NCBI GenBank assembly: GCA_965235115.1
Contig: OZ249452.1
Location: 13,144,001 to 13,208,000, forward strand
Length of the DNA: 64,000 bases
Reading direction: 5' to 3'
Source of the DNA: Laetmonice hystrix
Taxonomy: Eukaryota
Shown: positions 1 to 11,800 of the stretch, piece by piece
Position numbering within the stretch: the first letter of the stretch is position 1
Layout of the letters: each line of letters starts with the position of its first letter
Notes under the pieces: generated by a model
What the model saw: the letters and a program-made list of their open reading frames with translations, nothing else
The model's database searches: none
Told to the model about the DNA's origin: nothing
Translations under genes and position numbers: made by a program

Positions 1-2
1 TG

Positions 3-527
3 ACGCTTCCAAATAAGGAACGCTTGCTCGAGATGAGTCCAGTTCTAAGGAACTACAACCGCATCATATTTGTGCGACATCCTGCCTCCCGCATTCTCTC
101 GGCTTACCTTGATAGAATGAAGAGCAGACCCTCCAAGGTTTACACAGCACTAGCAAAACGGATCGCCCAGCGCATGCGTAAAGGACTTACCAGGAAGGAC
201 GAAGGTCTCACAAAGGAGTTTCAGGATATCCCAACGTTTACGGAATTTCTTCGTGCTGTGAATCTTGGGCGCGCCAAAGACGCTCACTGGGCGCCAATTA
301 ATAGCTGGTGTCACGTATGCGCGGTCAAGTATGACTTTATTGGTCACCTGGCCACACTACGAGAGGACTTGGAATGTCTTCTTGGACGGCGAAATCTAAG
401 TTTGTGGTTTCCTCACGATAACAAAAAATCCAAAAGCAACATCCGCGAGTATTTTTCTAAAGTCCCTGTCGATGTTATTACGAATTTTGAGAAGAACTTT
501 GAAATGGACTATTCTACATTTGGATAA
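3..527 (+). CDS. 3' end (5'-truncated by window) of a carbohydrate sulfotransferase, Sulfotransfer_2 family (CHST8-14/HNK-1ST-like)
   Basis: Frame is open from nt 3 (TLPNKERLLEMSP...) to TAA at 525-527. IIFVRHPASRILSAY matches the 3'-PAPS-binding FVRHPxxRLxSAY motif; HWAPINSWCHVCAVKYDFIGHL matches the family C-terminal HW..C..C...YDFIG motif. Confidence 0.9.
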   Translation, partial: TLPNKERLLEMSPVLRNYNRIIFVRHPASRILSAYLDRMKSRPSKVYTALAKRIAQRMRKGLTRKDEGLTKEFQDIPTFTEFLRAVNLGRAKDAHWAPINSWCHVCAVKYDFIGHLATLREDLECLLGRRNLSLWFPHDNKKSKSNIREYFSKVPVDVITNFEKNFEMDYSTFG

Positions 528-840
528 GCGTCGATTCTAGATCCTAAGACCGGCCAACTTAGAAATTTTTCAAATGAGTACAGTCTAGAGAATATGAGCA
601 GATGAGCTCAAACTAGTCTCCTTTTTCTTAAATACAAGAACTATTTTAAGCTTGCTATTGCTGTGCCTGTCTTTATTTTGGGATTGCACGGGTAGTTCGA
701 GGCTAGGCCCCATACGAAAACGCTGAATTGCAATAGTTTCCACCTCTCTCAAGAGATGGCGCTGTATGTGCCGAAGGTAGTTTCTTATACAGACGGTCTG
801 TAGGGGAAACAGATTAGATGGGAGTATTTCCGAGTATTTT

Positions 841-3800
841 CTTTCATTCTATCTTCTCTCGATAGGTAGCTTTTATTACAAAATAAAGAAAAGTGTAGTA
901 GGGAAAAGCTTACAATAGTTCCGGTATTTAAGACAAATGAGAAAGAAATCATAATTTCTTATATTTATACGCCCAGTAAAGACGAAAGTTGAGCATTGCT
1001 TGCCACATCGGCCGACCACAGACAGCTGAGGCGAATACAGCGCCACCTCTTGATTTTGAGATGACTTTAAATGGCCGCGAGATTTTCCTTCTCCCGCGGC
1101 AAATACAGTGCCATCTCTCGAGAAACGTGAACACTATTGCATTGGAGCCCGGATTGAAAGCCGGATGTGACATCATCGATGACGTCAGGACAACGTGGTC
1201 CTGACCTTTAAATTAAAGAACCCTCCATCATGGGCTCCATCTGTGACTGAAATAAATTCAACTGGTTATATCTTAAAAGATATTGATGATTTGTCTCTCA
1301 AAACAAAATGTAATACTCATTTATATACAAGGAAAACATATGACCACAAAGTATCGGGCAGGATTTAGTTTAAAAAATTGATTTTTCAAAATCGACCAGA
1401 ATTTTCGGTTCTTGGCTCCTTTCGAGTCCACGGCCTTTCGTTTCCTCATTTCACGATAGGTGGCGCTGTGTTCGTCTTCGCCGTCTGTCGTTAATGCTCG
1501 GTCCATCACCGAAGCTGGTTGCTTGGCGGCACAACGAAACAGGAAAGACCGACCATGCTCTAACACAAATCGTTATACTTAGGTTATATGATTTTGTGTG
1601 GCCGTCGGTGAATTGATGGGGCTTGATCTCTCATTCTTTTCAATATTTCAGCTCTCTATCTTTGTGTCGGGAGAACCTCGAACCTCCCCCCCCCACCCGT
1701 AATATGCTTTCATTCTATCGCCTCTCGATACGTAGCTTTTATTACAAAATAATGGAAAGTGTAGCAGTGGCAAGCTTATAATAGTTCTGGCATTTAAAAC
1801 AAATTAGATAGAAATCACAATTCCCTATATTCATATGCCTAGTAAAGACTAAAGGTGAGCATTGTTTGCCACATCGGCCGACCACAGACAGCTGAGGCGA
1901 ATACAGCGCCACCTCTTGATTTTGAGATGACTTTAAATGGCCGCGAGATTCCCCTTCTCCCACGGCAAATACAGCGCCATCTCTCGAGAAACGTGAACAC
2001 TATTGCATTGGAGCCCGGATTGAAAGCCGGATGTGACACATCGATGACGTCAGGACAACGTGGTCCAGACCTTTAAATTAAAGAACCCTCCATCATGGGC
2101 TCCATCTGTGACTGAAATAAATTCAACTGGTTATATCTTAAAAGATATTGATGATTTGTCTCTCAAAACAAAATGTAATACTCATTGATATACAAGGAAA
2201 ACATATGACCACAAAGTATCGGGCAGGATTTAGTTTAAAAAATTGATTTTTCAAAATCGACCAGAATTTTAGGTTCTTGGCTCCTTTCGAGTCCACGGCC
2301 TTTCGTTTCCTCATTTCACGATAGGTGGCGCTGTGTTCGTCTTCGCCGTCTGTCGTTAATGCTTGGTCCATCACCGAAGCTGGTTGCTTGGCGGCACAAC
2401 GAAACAGGAAAGACCGACCATGCTCTAACACAAATCGTTATACTTATGTTATATGATTTTGTGTGGCCGTCGGTGAATTGATGGGGCTTGATCTCTCATT
2501 CTTTTCAATATTTCAGCTCTCTATCTTTGTGTCGGGAGAACCTCGAACCCCCCCCCCCCCCGTAATATGCTTTCATTCTATCGCCTCTCAATACGTAGCT
2601 TTTATTACAAAATAATGGAAAGTGTAGCAGTGGCAAGCTTATAATAGTTCCGGCATTTAAAACAAATGAGATAGAAATCATAATTCCCTATATTCATATG
2701 CCTAGTAAAGACTAAAGGTGAGCATTGTTTGCCACATCGGCCGACCACAGACAGCTGAGGCGAATACAGCGCCACCTCTTGATTTTGAGATGACTTTACA
2801 TGGCCGCAAGATTCCCCTTCTCCCACGGCAAATACAGCGCCATCTCTCGAGAAACGTGAACACTATTGCATTGGAGCCCGGATTGAAAGCCGGATGTGAC
2901 ATCATCGATGACGTCAGGACAACGTGGTCCTGACCTTTAAATTAAAGAACCCTCCATCATGGGCTCCATCTGTGACTGAAATAAATTCAACTGGTTATAT
3001 CTTAAAAGATATTGATGATTTGTCTCTCAAAACAAAATGTAATACTCATTGATATACAAGGAAAACATATGACCACAAAGTATCGGGCAGGATTTAGTTT
3101 AAAAAATTGATTTTTCAAAATCGACCAGAATTTTCGGTTCTTGGCTCCTTTCGAGTCCACATCCCTTCGTTCCCTCATTTCACGACAGGTGGCCCCGTGT
3201 TCGTCTTCGCCGTCTGTCGGTAATGCTCAGCTGAATGTTCCATCACCGAAGCTGGTTGCTTGGCGGCACAACGAAACAGGAAAGACCGACCATGCTCTAA
3301 CACAAATCGTTATACTTAGGTTATATGATTTTGTGTGGCCGTCGGTGAATTGATGGGGCTTGATCTCTCATTCTTTTCAATATTTCAGCTCTCTATCTTT
3401 GTGTCGGGAGAACCTCGAACCCCCCCCCCCCCCCGTAATATGCTTTCATTCTATCGCCTCTCAATACGTAGCTTTTATTACAAAATAATGGAAAGTGTAG
3501 CAGTGGCAAGCTTATAATAGTTCCGGCATTTAAAACAAATGAGATAGAAATCATAATTCCCTATATTCATATGCCTAGTAAAGACTAAAGGTGAGCATTG
3601 TTTGCCACATCGGCCGACCACAGACAGCTGAGGCGAATACAGCGCCACCTCTTGATTTTGAGATGACTTTACATGGCCGCGAGATTCCCCTTCTCCCACG
3701 GCAAATACAGCGCCATCTCTCGAGAAACGTGAACACTATTGCATTGGAGCCCGGATTGAAAGCCGGATGTGACATCATCGATGACGTCAGGACAACGTGG

Positions 3801-5290
3801 TCCTGACCTTTAAATTAAAGAACCCTCCATCATGGGCTCCATCTGTGACTGAAATAAATTCAACTGGTTATATCTTAAAAGATATTGATGATTTGTCTCT
3901 CAAAACAAAATGTAATACTCATTTATATACAAGGAAAACATATGACCACAAAGTATCGGGCAGGATTTAGTTTAAAAAATTGATTTTTCAAAATCGACCA
4001 GAATTTTAGGTTCTTGGCTCCTTTCGAGTCCACGGCCTTTCGTTTCCTCATTTCACGATAGGTGGCGCTGTGTTCGTCTTCGCCGTCTGTCGTTAATGCT
4101 CGGTCCATAACCGAAGCTGGTTGCTTGGCGGCACAACGAAACAGGAAAGACCGACCATGCTCTAACACAAATCGTTATACTTAGGTTATATGATTTTGTG
4201 TGGCCGTCGGTGAATTGATGGGGCTTGATCTCTCATTCTTTTCAATATTTCAGCTCTCTATCTTTGTGTCGGGAGAACCTCGAACCCCCCCCCCCCCCCC
4301 GTAATATGCTTTCATTCTATCGCCTCTCGATACGTAGCTTTTATTACAAAATAATGGAAAGTGTAGCAGTGGCAAGCTTATAATAGTTCTGGCATTTAAA
4401 ACAAATGAGATAGAAATCACAATTCCCTATATTCATATGCCTAGTAAAGACTAAAGGTGAGCATTGTTTGCCACATCGGCCGACCACAGACAGCTGAGGC
4501 GAATAGTCTACAGCGCCACCACTTGATTTTGAGATGACTTTACATGGCCGCGAGATTCCCCTTCTCCCACGGCAAATACAGCGCCATCTCTCGAGAAACG
4601 TGAACACTATTGCATTGGAGCCCGGATTGAAAGCCGGATGTGACATCATCGATGACGTCAGGGCAAGGTGGTAAAGGATCTTTAAATTTAAGATCCTCGA
4701 GCATGGGCTATTATGTGACTAAATTAAATTCAACTGGCTATATCTTAAAAGGTATTGATAATTTGTCTCTGAAAACAAAATGTAATACTCATTGATATCC
4801 CAGGAAAACATATGACCACAAAGTATCGAGCGGGATTCAGTTTAAAAATTTGATTTTTCCAAATTGACCCGAATTTTCGAGTACTTGGCTCCTTTCGAGT
4901 ACAAGGCCTTTCGTACCATCATTTCACGATAGGTGGCGCTGTGTTCGTCTTCGCCGTCTGTCGGTAATGCCGGGCTGAATGTTCCATCACCGAAGCTGGT
5001 TGTTTGGCGACGCAACGAAACAGGAAAGACCGAGCATGCTCCACGACACATCGTTATACTTATGTTACATAAATGTCATTGACTTTGTGAGGCCGTCGGT
5101 GGATTGATGGGGCTTGATCTCTCATTCTTTTCGATATTTCAGCTGTCTATCTTTGTGTCGGGAGAACCTATAGAATTCCCCCGTAGGCCTAGGCTATTTC
5201 CTATCATTCTATCTTCTCTCGATAGGTAGTTTTTATTACAAAATAAAGAAAAGTGTAGCAGTGACAAGCTAAGAATAGATCTGGTATTTA
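841..5290. repeat. Macrosatellite: 5 tandem units of ~863-892 bp plus a partial sixth
   Basis: Marker ctttcattctatc recurs at 841, 1707, 2570, 3443, 4309 and (variant) 5201; the ORF track shows the same short spurious ORFs repeating. Confidence 0.97.
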
Positions 5291-6244
5291 TTGCTAGTGC
5301 CGTATCTCCCACTCCAGTTCTGTAAGGCTGTATTATTTTCCTCGAGTTTCGATTTTTTCGATGTGGTCTGACAGCCCCCAACACATGGCGGATTCGATCC
5401 TGGTCATCACGACGCTGTCTTTATGAGTATTGTGTTGTAGACCACTAGATCTAGTCTGATCCTTCATATTTTTATCTTAAAACATGAGGCACTTCAAAAT
5501 GAAGTGTTTTACCTCGATAACGGGTGTTTTACAATCAGACGCCAAAGTGACTTTTTCCCGGCCTCACACAGTGCGATTTTCCCTCGATTTTCTACGCTAC
5601 GTTATGACACGATCTACTACATTCACCTGTTATTGCAGGATTACCCCCTCACATATTCCAATAATCTGCAATTTCCTATTACGATATCGTAGCAGAATCG
5701 GCCATACGGACAAACTGGGGGAGTCGTAGTCCGGCCCGTCAGTGTGGCCGGAAGCGAGTTCTCAGAAGTCTGAAGAGACGGCGAACTTTATTTGATTAAT
5801 TACCTTCAAATGCATCACACAAGGCGGCCACTCCTAGGTCAAGTTGGTATTCTAGCCACCTAGCGGCGTGATTGGGAACCAGTCTAGCGTCTCCAACGGC
5901 TAGTTCAATTTACGGCTCCTTTACATTCAATAAAAGTTTACGAGAAGTGAGATCATTAAATAAGAGTTTTCTGTAATAAAGTTCCTAAAATGTGTACTTC
6001 GAACAAGCGCCAGAGGACTCTAACACATATTTACTCAACCATTAACTTGATCCTGACTTGGCCGAAGTTTTTGGGATCAGATGGAGCTTTTAGAAAGTGG
6101 GGGTTCGGCATGGTCATAACTTTACAGCAGAATCGGGCTTCTATTTACAATGAATATCAATTACATCACAACATATTAAAAGTACAACAACAAGAAATAT
6201 GTTATTATAAAAATCTTCTTTATTCATTTTTTAATATAGTCGTA

Positions 6245-6462
6245 TCAGTCCTTTACAAAAGCTGGTAGTACATAATAATAACGCATCCCTTCACGGCGGG
6301 ACAGTTTTGTTCGGGTAATAAATACGTCACAGTCCAGACATCTGACCCTATCCAAGAGTACTTCCGGGTCGGCTGACCAATACACGGTAAACGTCATCAG
6401 TTTCTGTGTACAGACCTCCATTCCCGGGAAGTCGTAGACAATGATAGTCGAAGGCAGGGCCA
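6245..6462 (-). CDS. Orphan exon-like ORF of unknown function (ALPSTIIVYDFPGMEV...LPAFVKD*)
   Basis: GC-richer stop-free block in AT-rich flanks; cag acceptor at 6463-6465 (phase 1); TGA at 6245-6247 followed by AATAAA about 20 nt downstream; no family recognised. Confidence 0.35.
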
Positions 6463-6760
6463 CTGCTTATTTTATAACGATATAAGTTGTTATAATTTAT
6501 AAATTAAAACATGTTCGATGTTCAGATGTCCTTGCCATTTTTCATACATCAAGCGAAGAGCAAAAGCGGAGATTTGATGGTATACACACTAGAAGTATGC
6601 TTGGTATACCAGTTGTCATCTATAGTGCTTGTTTTAATGACATCTCAAACCCCTTCATTGGATTTATAGGGGCCTAATCTTTATTGAATCTAGGGCATAG
6701 CAATATTGTAATGTCATGTACAAAAATATAAAAGCCCACATCTCAATATCACGTAATGTA

Positions 6761-7140
6761 TCTAACGTACTCTCTCAGACATTAGCGAGTCTAACGTACT
6801 CTCTCAGACATTAGCGAGTCTGACGTACTCTCTCAGACATTAGCGAGTCTGACGTACTCTCTCAGACATTAACGTACTCTCTCAGACATTAGCGAGTCTG
6901 ACGTACTCTCTCAGACATTAACGTACTCTCTCAGACATTAGCGAGTCTGACGTACTCTCTCAGACATTAGCGAGTCTGACGTACTCTCTCAGACATTAGC
7001 GAGTCTGACGTACTCTCTCAGACATTAGCGAGTCTGACGTACTCTCTCAGACATTAGCGAGTCTGACGTACTCTCTCAGACATTAGCGAGTCTGACGTAC
7101 TCTCTCAGACATTAGCGAGTCTGACGAACTCTCTCAGACA
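6761..7140. repeat. 29-bp minisatellite, ~13 copies
   Basis: Unit tctgacgtactctctcagacattagcgag, with two internally shortened units. Confidence 0.95.
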
Positions 7141-8469
7141 AGGAGAGTGAACTGTCACGCATGGTACTTCCCACAACGCATGCGCATAGTCTATTGCGGC
7201 GACAGCACTACATTCCTATATGACTTTATATACAAGTATGTTCATTAATAATTAATTTCTTGACACACAATTCACAATCAAACCCGTTCACTAACAATCA
7301 ACGTAGTATTTATTTATTGATTTATAAATTTCTGAAGAGTTCAGCGAATCCTTTCAAATTGATGCAGTAAACAGGAAACAACATGACCTCTGAACACAAA
7401 GGTTATGACCTCTGGGCACAAAGGTCATTGCCCGTTGTAGACTTTGGAAACCTCCGCCTCTTTCTGACAAGTCCAGATAAAAACCAATTCGTAAAATCTT
7501 AAAATCATCCGTACGAGGTTCTCTTGCTTTGTCTGTGATATGTACATGGACGTGCGTTTAAAACAAATGGTGTAAGAGTTAACATTTTCTAGGCTTACTT
7601 GTGGAATCACGCTGTCATAAACAACAATATCGTCCAACAGTGTGACGAATACCATTTACGTCAAAGAAAACCATGCACCACAATTTTGCCAATTTTGTTA
7701 AAACGTTTCGTATAATTCCTGCCATTTTGGCATCCAATGATTAAGAGAATTAAAATCAAGGCACTGGGAGCGTGTGTTTGGTTTCTTTGCCACAATGCCT
7801 ACTGTTTTGACCGAATTACAACTTCCATAATATAATATTACCCTACACACATCACTCTATTTAACGTATTAAATATCGGTTCCACTGTTGGCACCCAATA
7901 AAATGCTTTCAATGTTCTTGCTTGAGAGTTCATCCTCCTTGGCATAAAAAATACTCTAGCGGAAGTAGCTTTCGTACACTCGAACCCTGACTCACTCAAG
8001 TTAGAGAATATAACTTACAAGACTTGGTCTGTGGCTGGCTGAACGCTTGGTAACGTGTATCACATGGAATGTCTGGACATCACCATGTCCAATAGTACAA
8101 ACTGTGGCCGCCGCTCGTATCCACACACGTCCAGCCAACTCATCCATTATAATAATAATAGTCGTTATATTAGCAATACTACAAATAATGACAGGAATGC
8201 TAAGTAGTGCATTATTCTAACGCCAGGGGGCGCCAGAGGTCACGTGTCCTTCACCAATATTGTCTATCTTTCTCGAAACCAGCGTCGAAAGTGATTTCCT
8301 GCACTTTGGACGCCACTACTGAAATGGCAAACAAAGGCCCATCCCTGGAGGAAATATTAACAAAAGAATATTACCTGTCACCCCCGTTTATGAAAGACAA
8401 ACTAACGCCTATAAAAGTCGGCGTTTTCTTGTTGTGGAGTCACAATGATTATTTAAACAGCTCAGCTCG

Positions 8470-8816
8470 CTATACCCGGGCGGTCTTGGAGCCAGTGGCC
8501 ATCCTCCGAGAGCCTGGTGTACCGCGAGAGCCGGGGCTCCGAGAACGGGTCGGTGTTTTCTTCCCATTGGTTGCCGGGGTCCCGGGGGCGGGGCTAGTGG
8601 GGCCTGGGCTGCGGGACCGTATACCAGAGGGAGTCTTAGAACCGCTGTGTGTGGGCGTGGTCGACTTGGCAGACGAGGCGGCGGTGCTGCGGGTGTACGA
8701 GCCCGGGTTTGGAGGCGGACGCGCAGACCCGCGACGGGGGGTAGACGGGGCTGGTGACGTCACCGAACTGCTGCTGCTACGTCTTGGACTGGCGTTGTTC
8801 AAGTTTGTCAACGAAC
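8470..8816 (-). CDS. MACF1: Spectraplakin terminal coding exon (S/P/R-rich tail)
   Basis: ttcgtag|(G)[12 protein letters not shown]...GSKTARV-TAG; 347 nt. Confidence 0.88.
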
Positions 8817-11800
8817 CTACGAACAAAGTGTATAGTATGAGTACAACTCTGGAAAATCAATGGCATATAAAGCCATGTCAATCATTCCACAGGCTGACAG
8901 TCGCTTTCAGAAGTCTCTAAAGTACAAGGAGTTAATGTGTGAGACTTGAATTCAGCGCAGTGCGCCCCCTATCGGCAGTTTGTGGTGTGAATGTAGGAAT
9001 TGTGTGAGAGCAGGGAGCAGGGTAACTGGCCCAAGGGGAGTCATTCAAGCATTAGTCTAACTCCATGTCTAAGTCGACGTGCACAGGTTATGCTACCAAA
9101 AGGCACAGGTCAAGGCGAATTACATGGCACGTCACTACAGAAGTATACAAATTACTATAATTATCAAACTTGGATTATAACATATAGGGCGCAAACATGT
9201 CATCAATTCTCATCAAGATACAGCCATGTTAATAAAAAGTACAGCAGGAACCTCATCTCAAGAACGTTAACTATACAGATAGATTAATCAATAGCCATGC
9301 ATTTTTATCGTAAATTACACATCAGTTAATTAGGCAGGCCATTCCTTTCATTTATCAAAAATGCACATTGGTTTTCATTGGAAAGTAACTTGATCACACA
9401 TAATAACAGATGAAAACATTCTCATAAAACACATGCACGTCTATGCTCCAGACTGGAGGCTGAATATAAATATATGAAAACACAATCATTTCTACACACA
9501 GCATAAACATCAACCCTTATCCTAAAACAGCATGCAACACATATCCAAAGCCCCAGAAGCACACACAAACCAACACCTATAGAATATAAAGTATAATCGC
9601 AGGATGGATAGGGAAGTGGTCTGAAAGGAGTATATTGGCATGGGGGGGGGGACGTCAGTTTGGTTATGACAACTAGAGGATAGTGAGGTGCAAGTAATGC
9701 TAGCATTCTGCTAGGTGCCAAGGTTCTAAATTATGCACGAGGAATGTTGGTACGTCACGAAACGCCCCTGTCGGTGGATTAGTAAATGACACCCGTACAG
9801 CTCCACCTGTCGGTCACATGACTTCATGACGTATGATGTAACGTCATGGATGCTGTGATACCATGACGTAAAATCTCCAAGGGGTCTTAACAGTCAGGAA
9901 CCTAGAGTTAGGACCCATGAGTGTCACGAAATACGGCCCGCGATGGTAGCCAAGGCAAGTATGGGGGCTTTTGTTTTGTTTTTAGTCAGTCATCCAGATT
10001 TCCCACCACCGATCTTATCTGCACGTGACGGACGCAACATGTCACGCGATCTAACCGTGACGTGACGACAACACATGACGTTCCCCCCACATAATTTGCT
10101 GACGTCTACCTACCAAACTGTTCCCGTCTTGAATTCTTCATGGTCTTCGACGGGGTACTTAGAGAGGCAGACGATAAATTGGACCATGATTTGGCCAGAT
10201 TGGACCTTTTATTTGAGGCCCCTTTACCGCCTCCTAGAGAGGAGGAGGATCTACCAGACGCCAAACTACTGGTACTTCCGGATAAATTTGAATTACCAAG
10301 AGACGCTGGAAGCGGAACAGGAAATACAGGGGTCAGCTCGATAACGGAAGAGGAAGTGTTAATATAACGGGCCAATCAGGGCAAGGTGCGTATGTAGTCA
10401 GTTCGTGCAGGTTAAAATTCGACGCAGGTCTTCAACCAGTGACAATCCCGCATACCAGCAGGGTACTCGGAAATAATCGGCCATTTCCGGCAGGTTCCGT
10501 GGTTCAGGAAATAACCTCAAAGAACGTGAATTACAACATCACAGATTCTGGTCATGTAGGCTACCAAGGCAGTCGTAAACAGGCCTTTGTCCCATCAACT
10601 GACGATATCGAGGCCTGTCATGTTCATCGTACTTTACAAACTTACTTTCTATATTAATAAAAATTCCGAGGATGAGAAATACTCAATTTCTCTATTTGAA
10701 AACGGAATTTGTCCTGCAGATAGCTCTCGGGATATCAGAGGTTATTTCTCGAATGATGACACCTAACGGAAATGGCCGAGGCGTTCCGAGCGGTATATAG
10801 TTTAGTATGTACAATATGGGCCATATATAAAATCTGCTAAACGACGCGCATATGAAGCCATAGTGTGACTGTCTTCAGCAAATAACACAAAAAATACAAA
10901 GTTGTAGAAGACATGTAGTATTTTTTTAAAAGGACAACCCATACATTTTAAATAACCTAGGTCTATGACCTATAATATCGTGTGTAATTTGATCTCAACA
11001 TTCTCCTTAATAACATGCTTCATGAATCATTAAACGAAGCCCTATTAAGCTTAGTTGAAGCAATACTGATACAACAGAGTTTTTAAAACACTCTTAGCTA
11101 TACATGACAAGTTGGCAAGCCTGCTGATAGAAGGTATACGGTAATCTATCCTTGGTGACAGTGTACAGCTGTAGTTATAATATAATATGTTTTACTGCAC
11201 GTCCCACAGCCCTGCCCCCTAGCGTGAGATTTCTCACACCACCACGTGTAGCGTGTGGCACGGCTGACATAGCAAGATTCAAGGGGTGTTTGGTTTTTAC
11301 CTGAGGGTGAGTTCGAGAGTGACCCTGGAACTGATGACCGGGGGGTGTTCCCATTTGTAGTAGGGTGTGCACTTGCCCGCCGTTTAGCGGCTGTGAAAGC
11401 ACGTATTTGTGCCTGGCCATCTTGTAGAATGAGGTCACGTAAGTCACTGTTACGTCGACCGATGGCTACGGTGACGTAAGGGTTAACCGAAGACGGAGAG
11501 AGAGAGAAAACGGAAGAGAGAGGGTTAACGTAACACACCACCAATACACACTGAGGTGAGATCAAAACATGAAAACGAAATCAAAAATATCAGTGCAACA
11601 CAAACGGGTCAAACTGTACAAACTAGAGCCAAACTATCTGTAGTTATCGCGGTCTTCATAACATGACAGGAAAACAAAATATTTCTTACAGAGAAAGGGC
11701 GAACACTGTTTTTCAATATTGTAAAATTAGAGTTCCGAGAAGTAAGGATAATAGAAACACGGAATAGGGAGCGAAATTAAGAATTTTAAAAAGGAGGCAT

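Noticed and set aside
1505-1550. Possible hammerhead ribozyme (retrozyme) in the 870-bp unit: GTTG...CAAC stem followed by GAAAC
   Set aside because: There is no CUGANGA core 5' of the stem on either strand. Other CTGANGA hits (5770, 33867, 57979) lack a paired stem II with GAAA.
949-4649. Repeated 66-101 aa ORFs in the macrosatellite
   Set aside because: Short, overlapping on both strands, variable in length between units and without recognisable domains; by-products of the repeat.
5370-5410. B-box-like ggattcgatcc at the right flank of the macrosatellite
   Set aside because: No A box or cloverleaf; at most a SINE fragment, not a tRNA gene.
7425-7655. 76-aa ORF with an internal GTAAGC...CAG mini-intron and an IVVYD motif echoing the 6245 ORF
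   Set aside because: Lies in the probable spectraplakin 3' UTR, would encode only 31 aa after splicing, and the similarity is limited to 4-5 residues.
8207-8920. 237-aa plus-strand ORF
   Set aside because: Antisense shadow of the GC-rich terminal spectraplakin exon.
10452-10512. 60-nt phase 1-1 stop-free segment with a gtatgc donor between exons 30 and 31
   Set aside because: It needs a rare GAG acceptor; the nearest CAG gives a stop.
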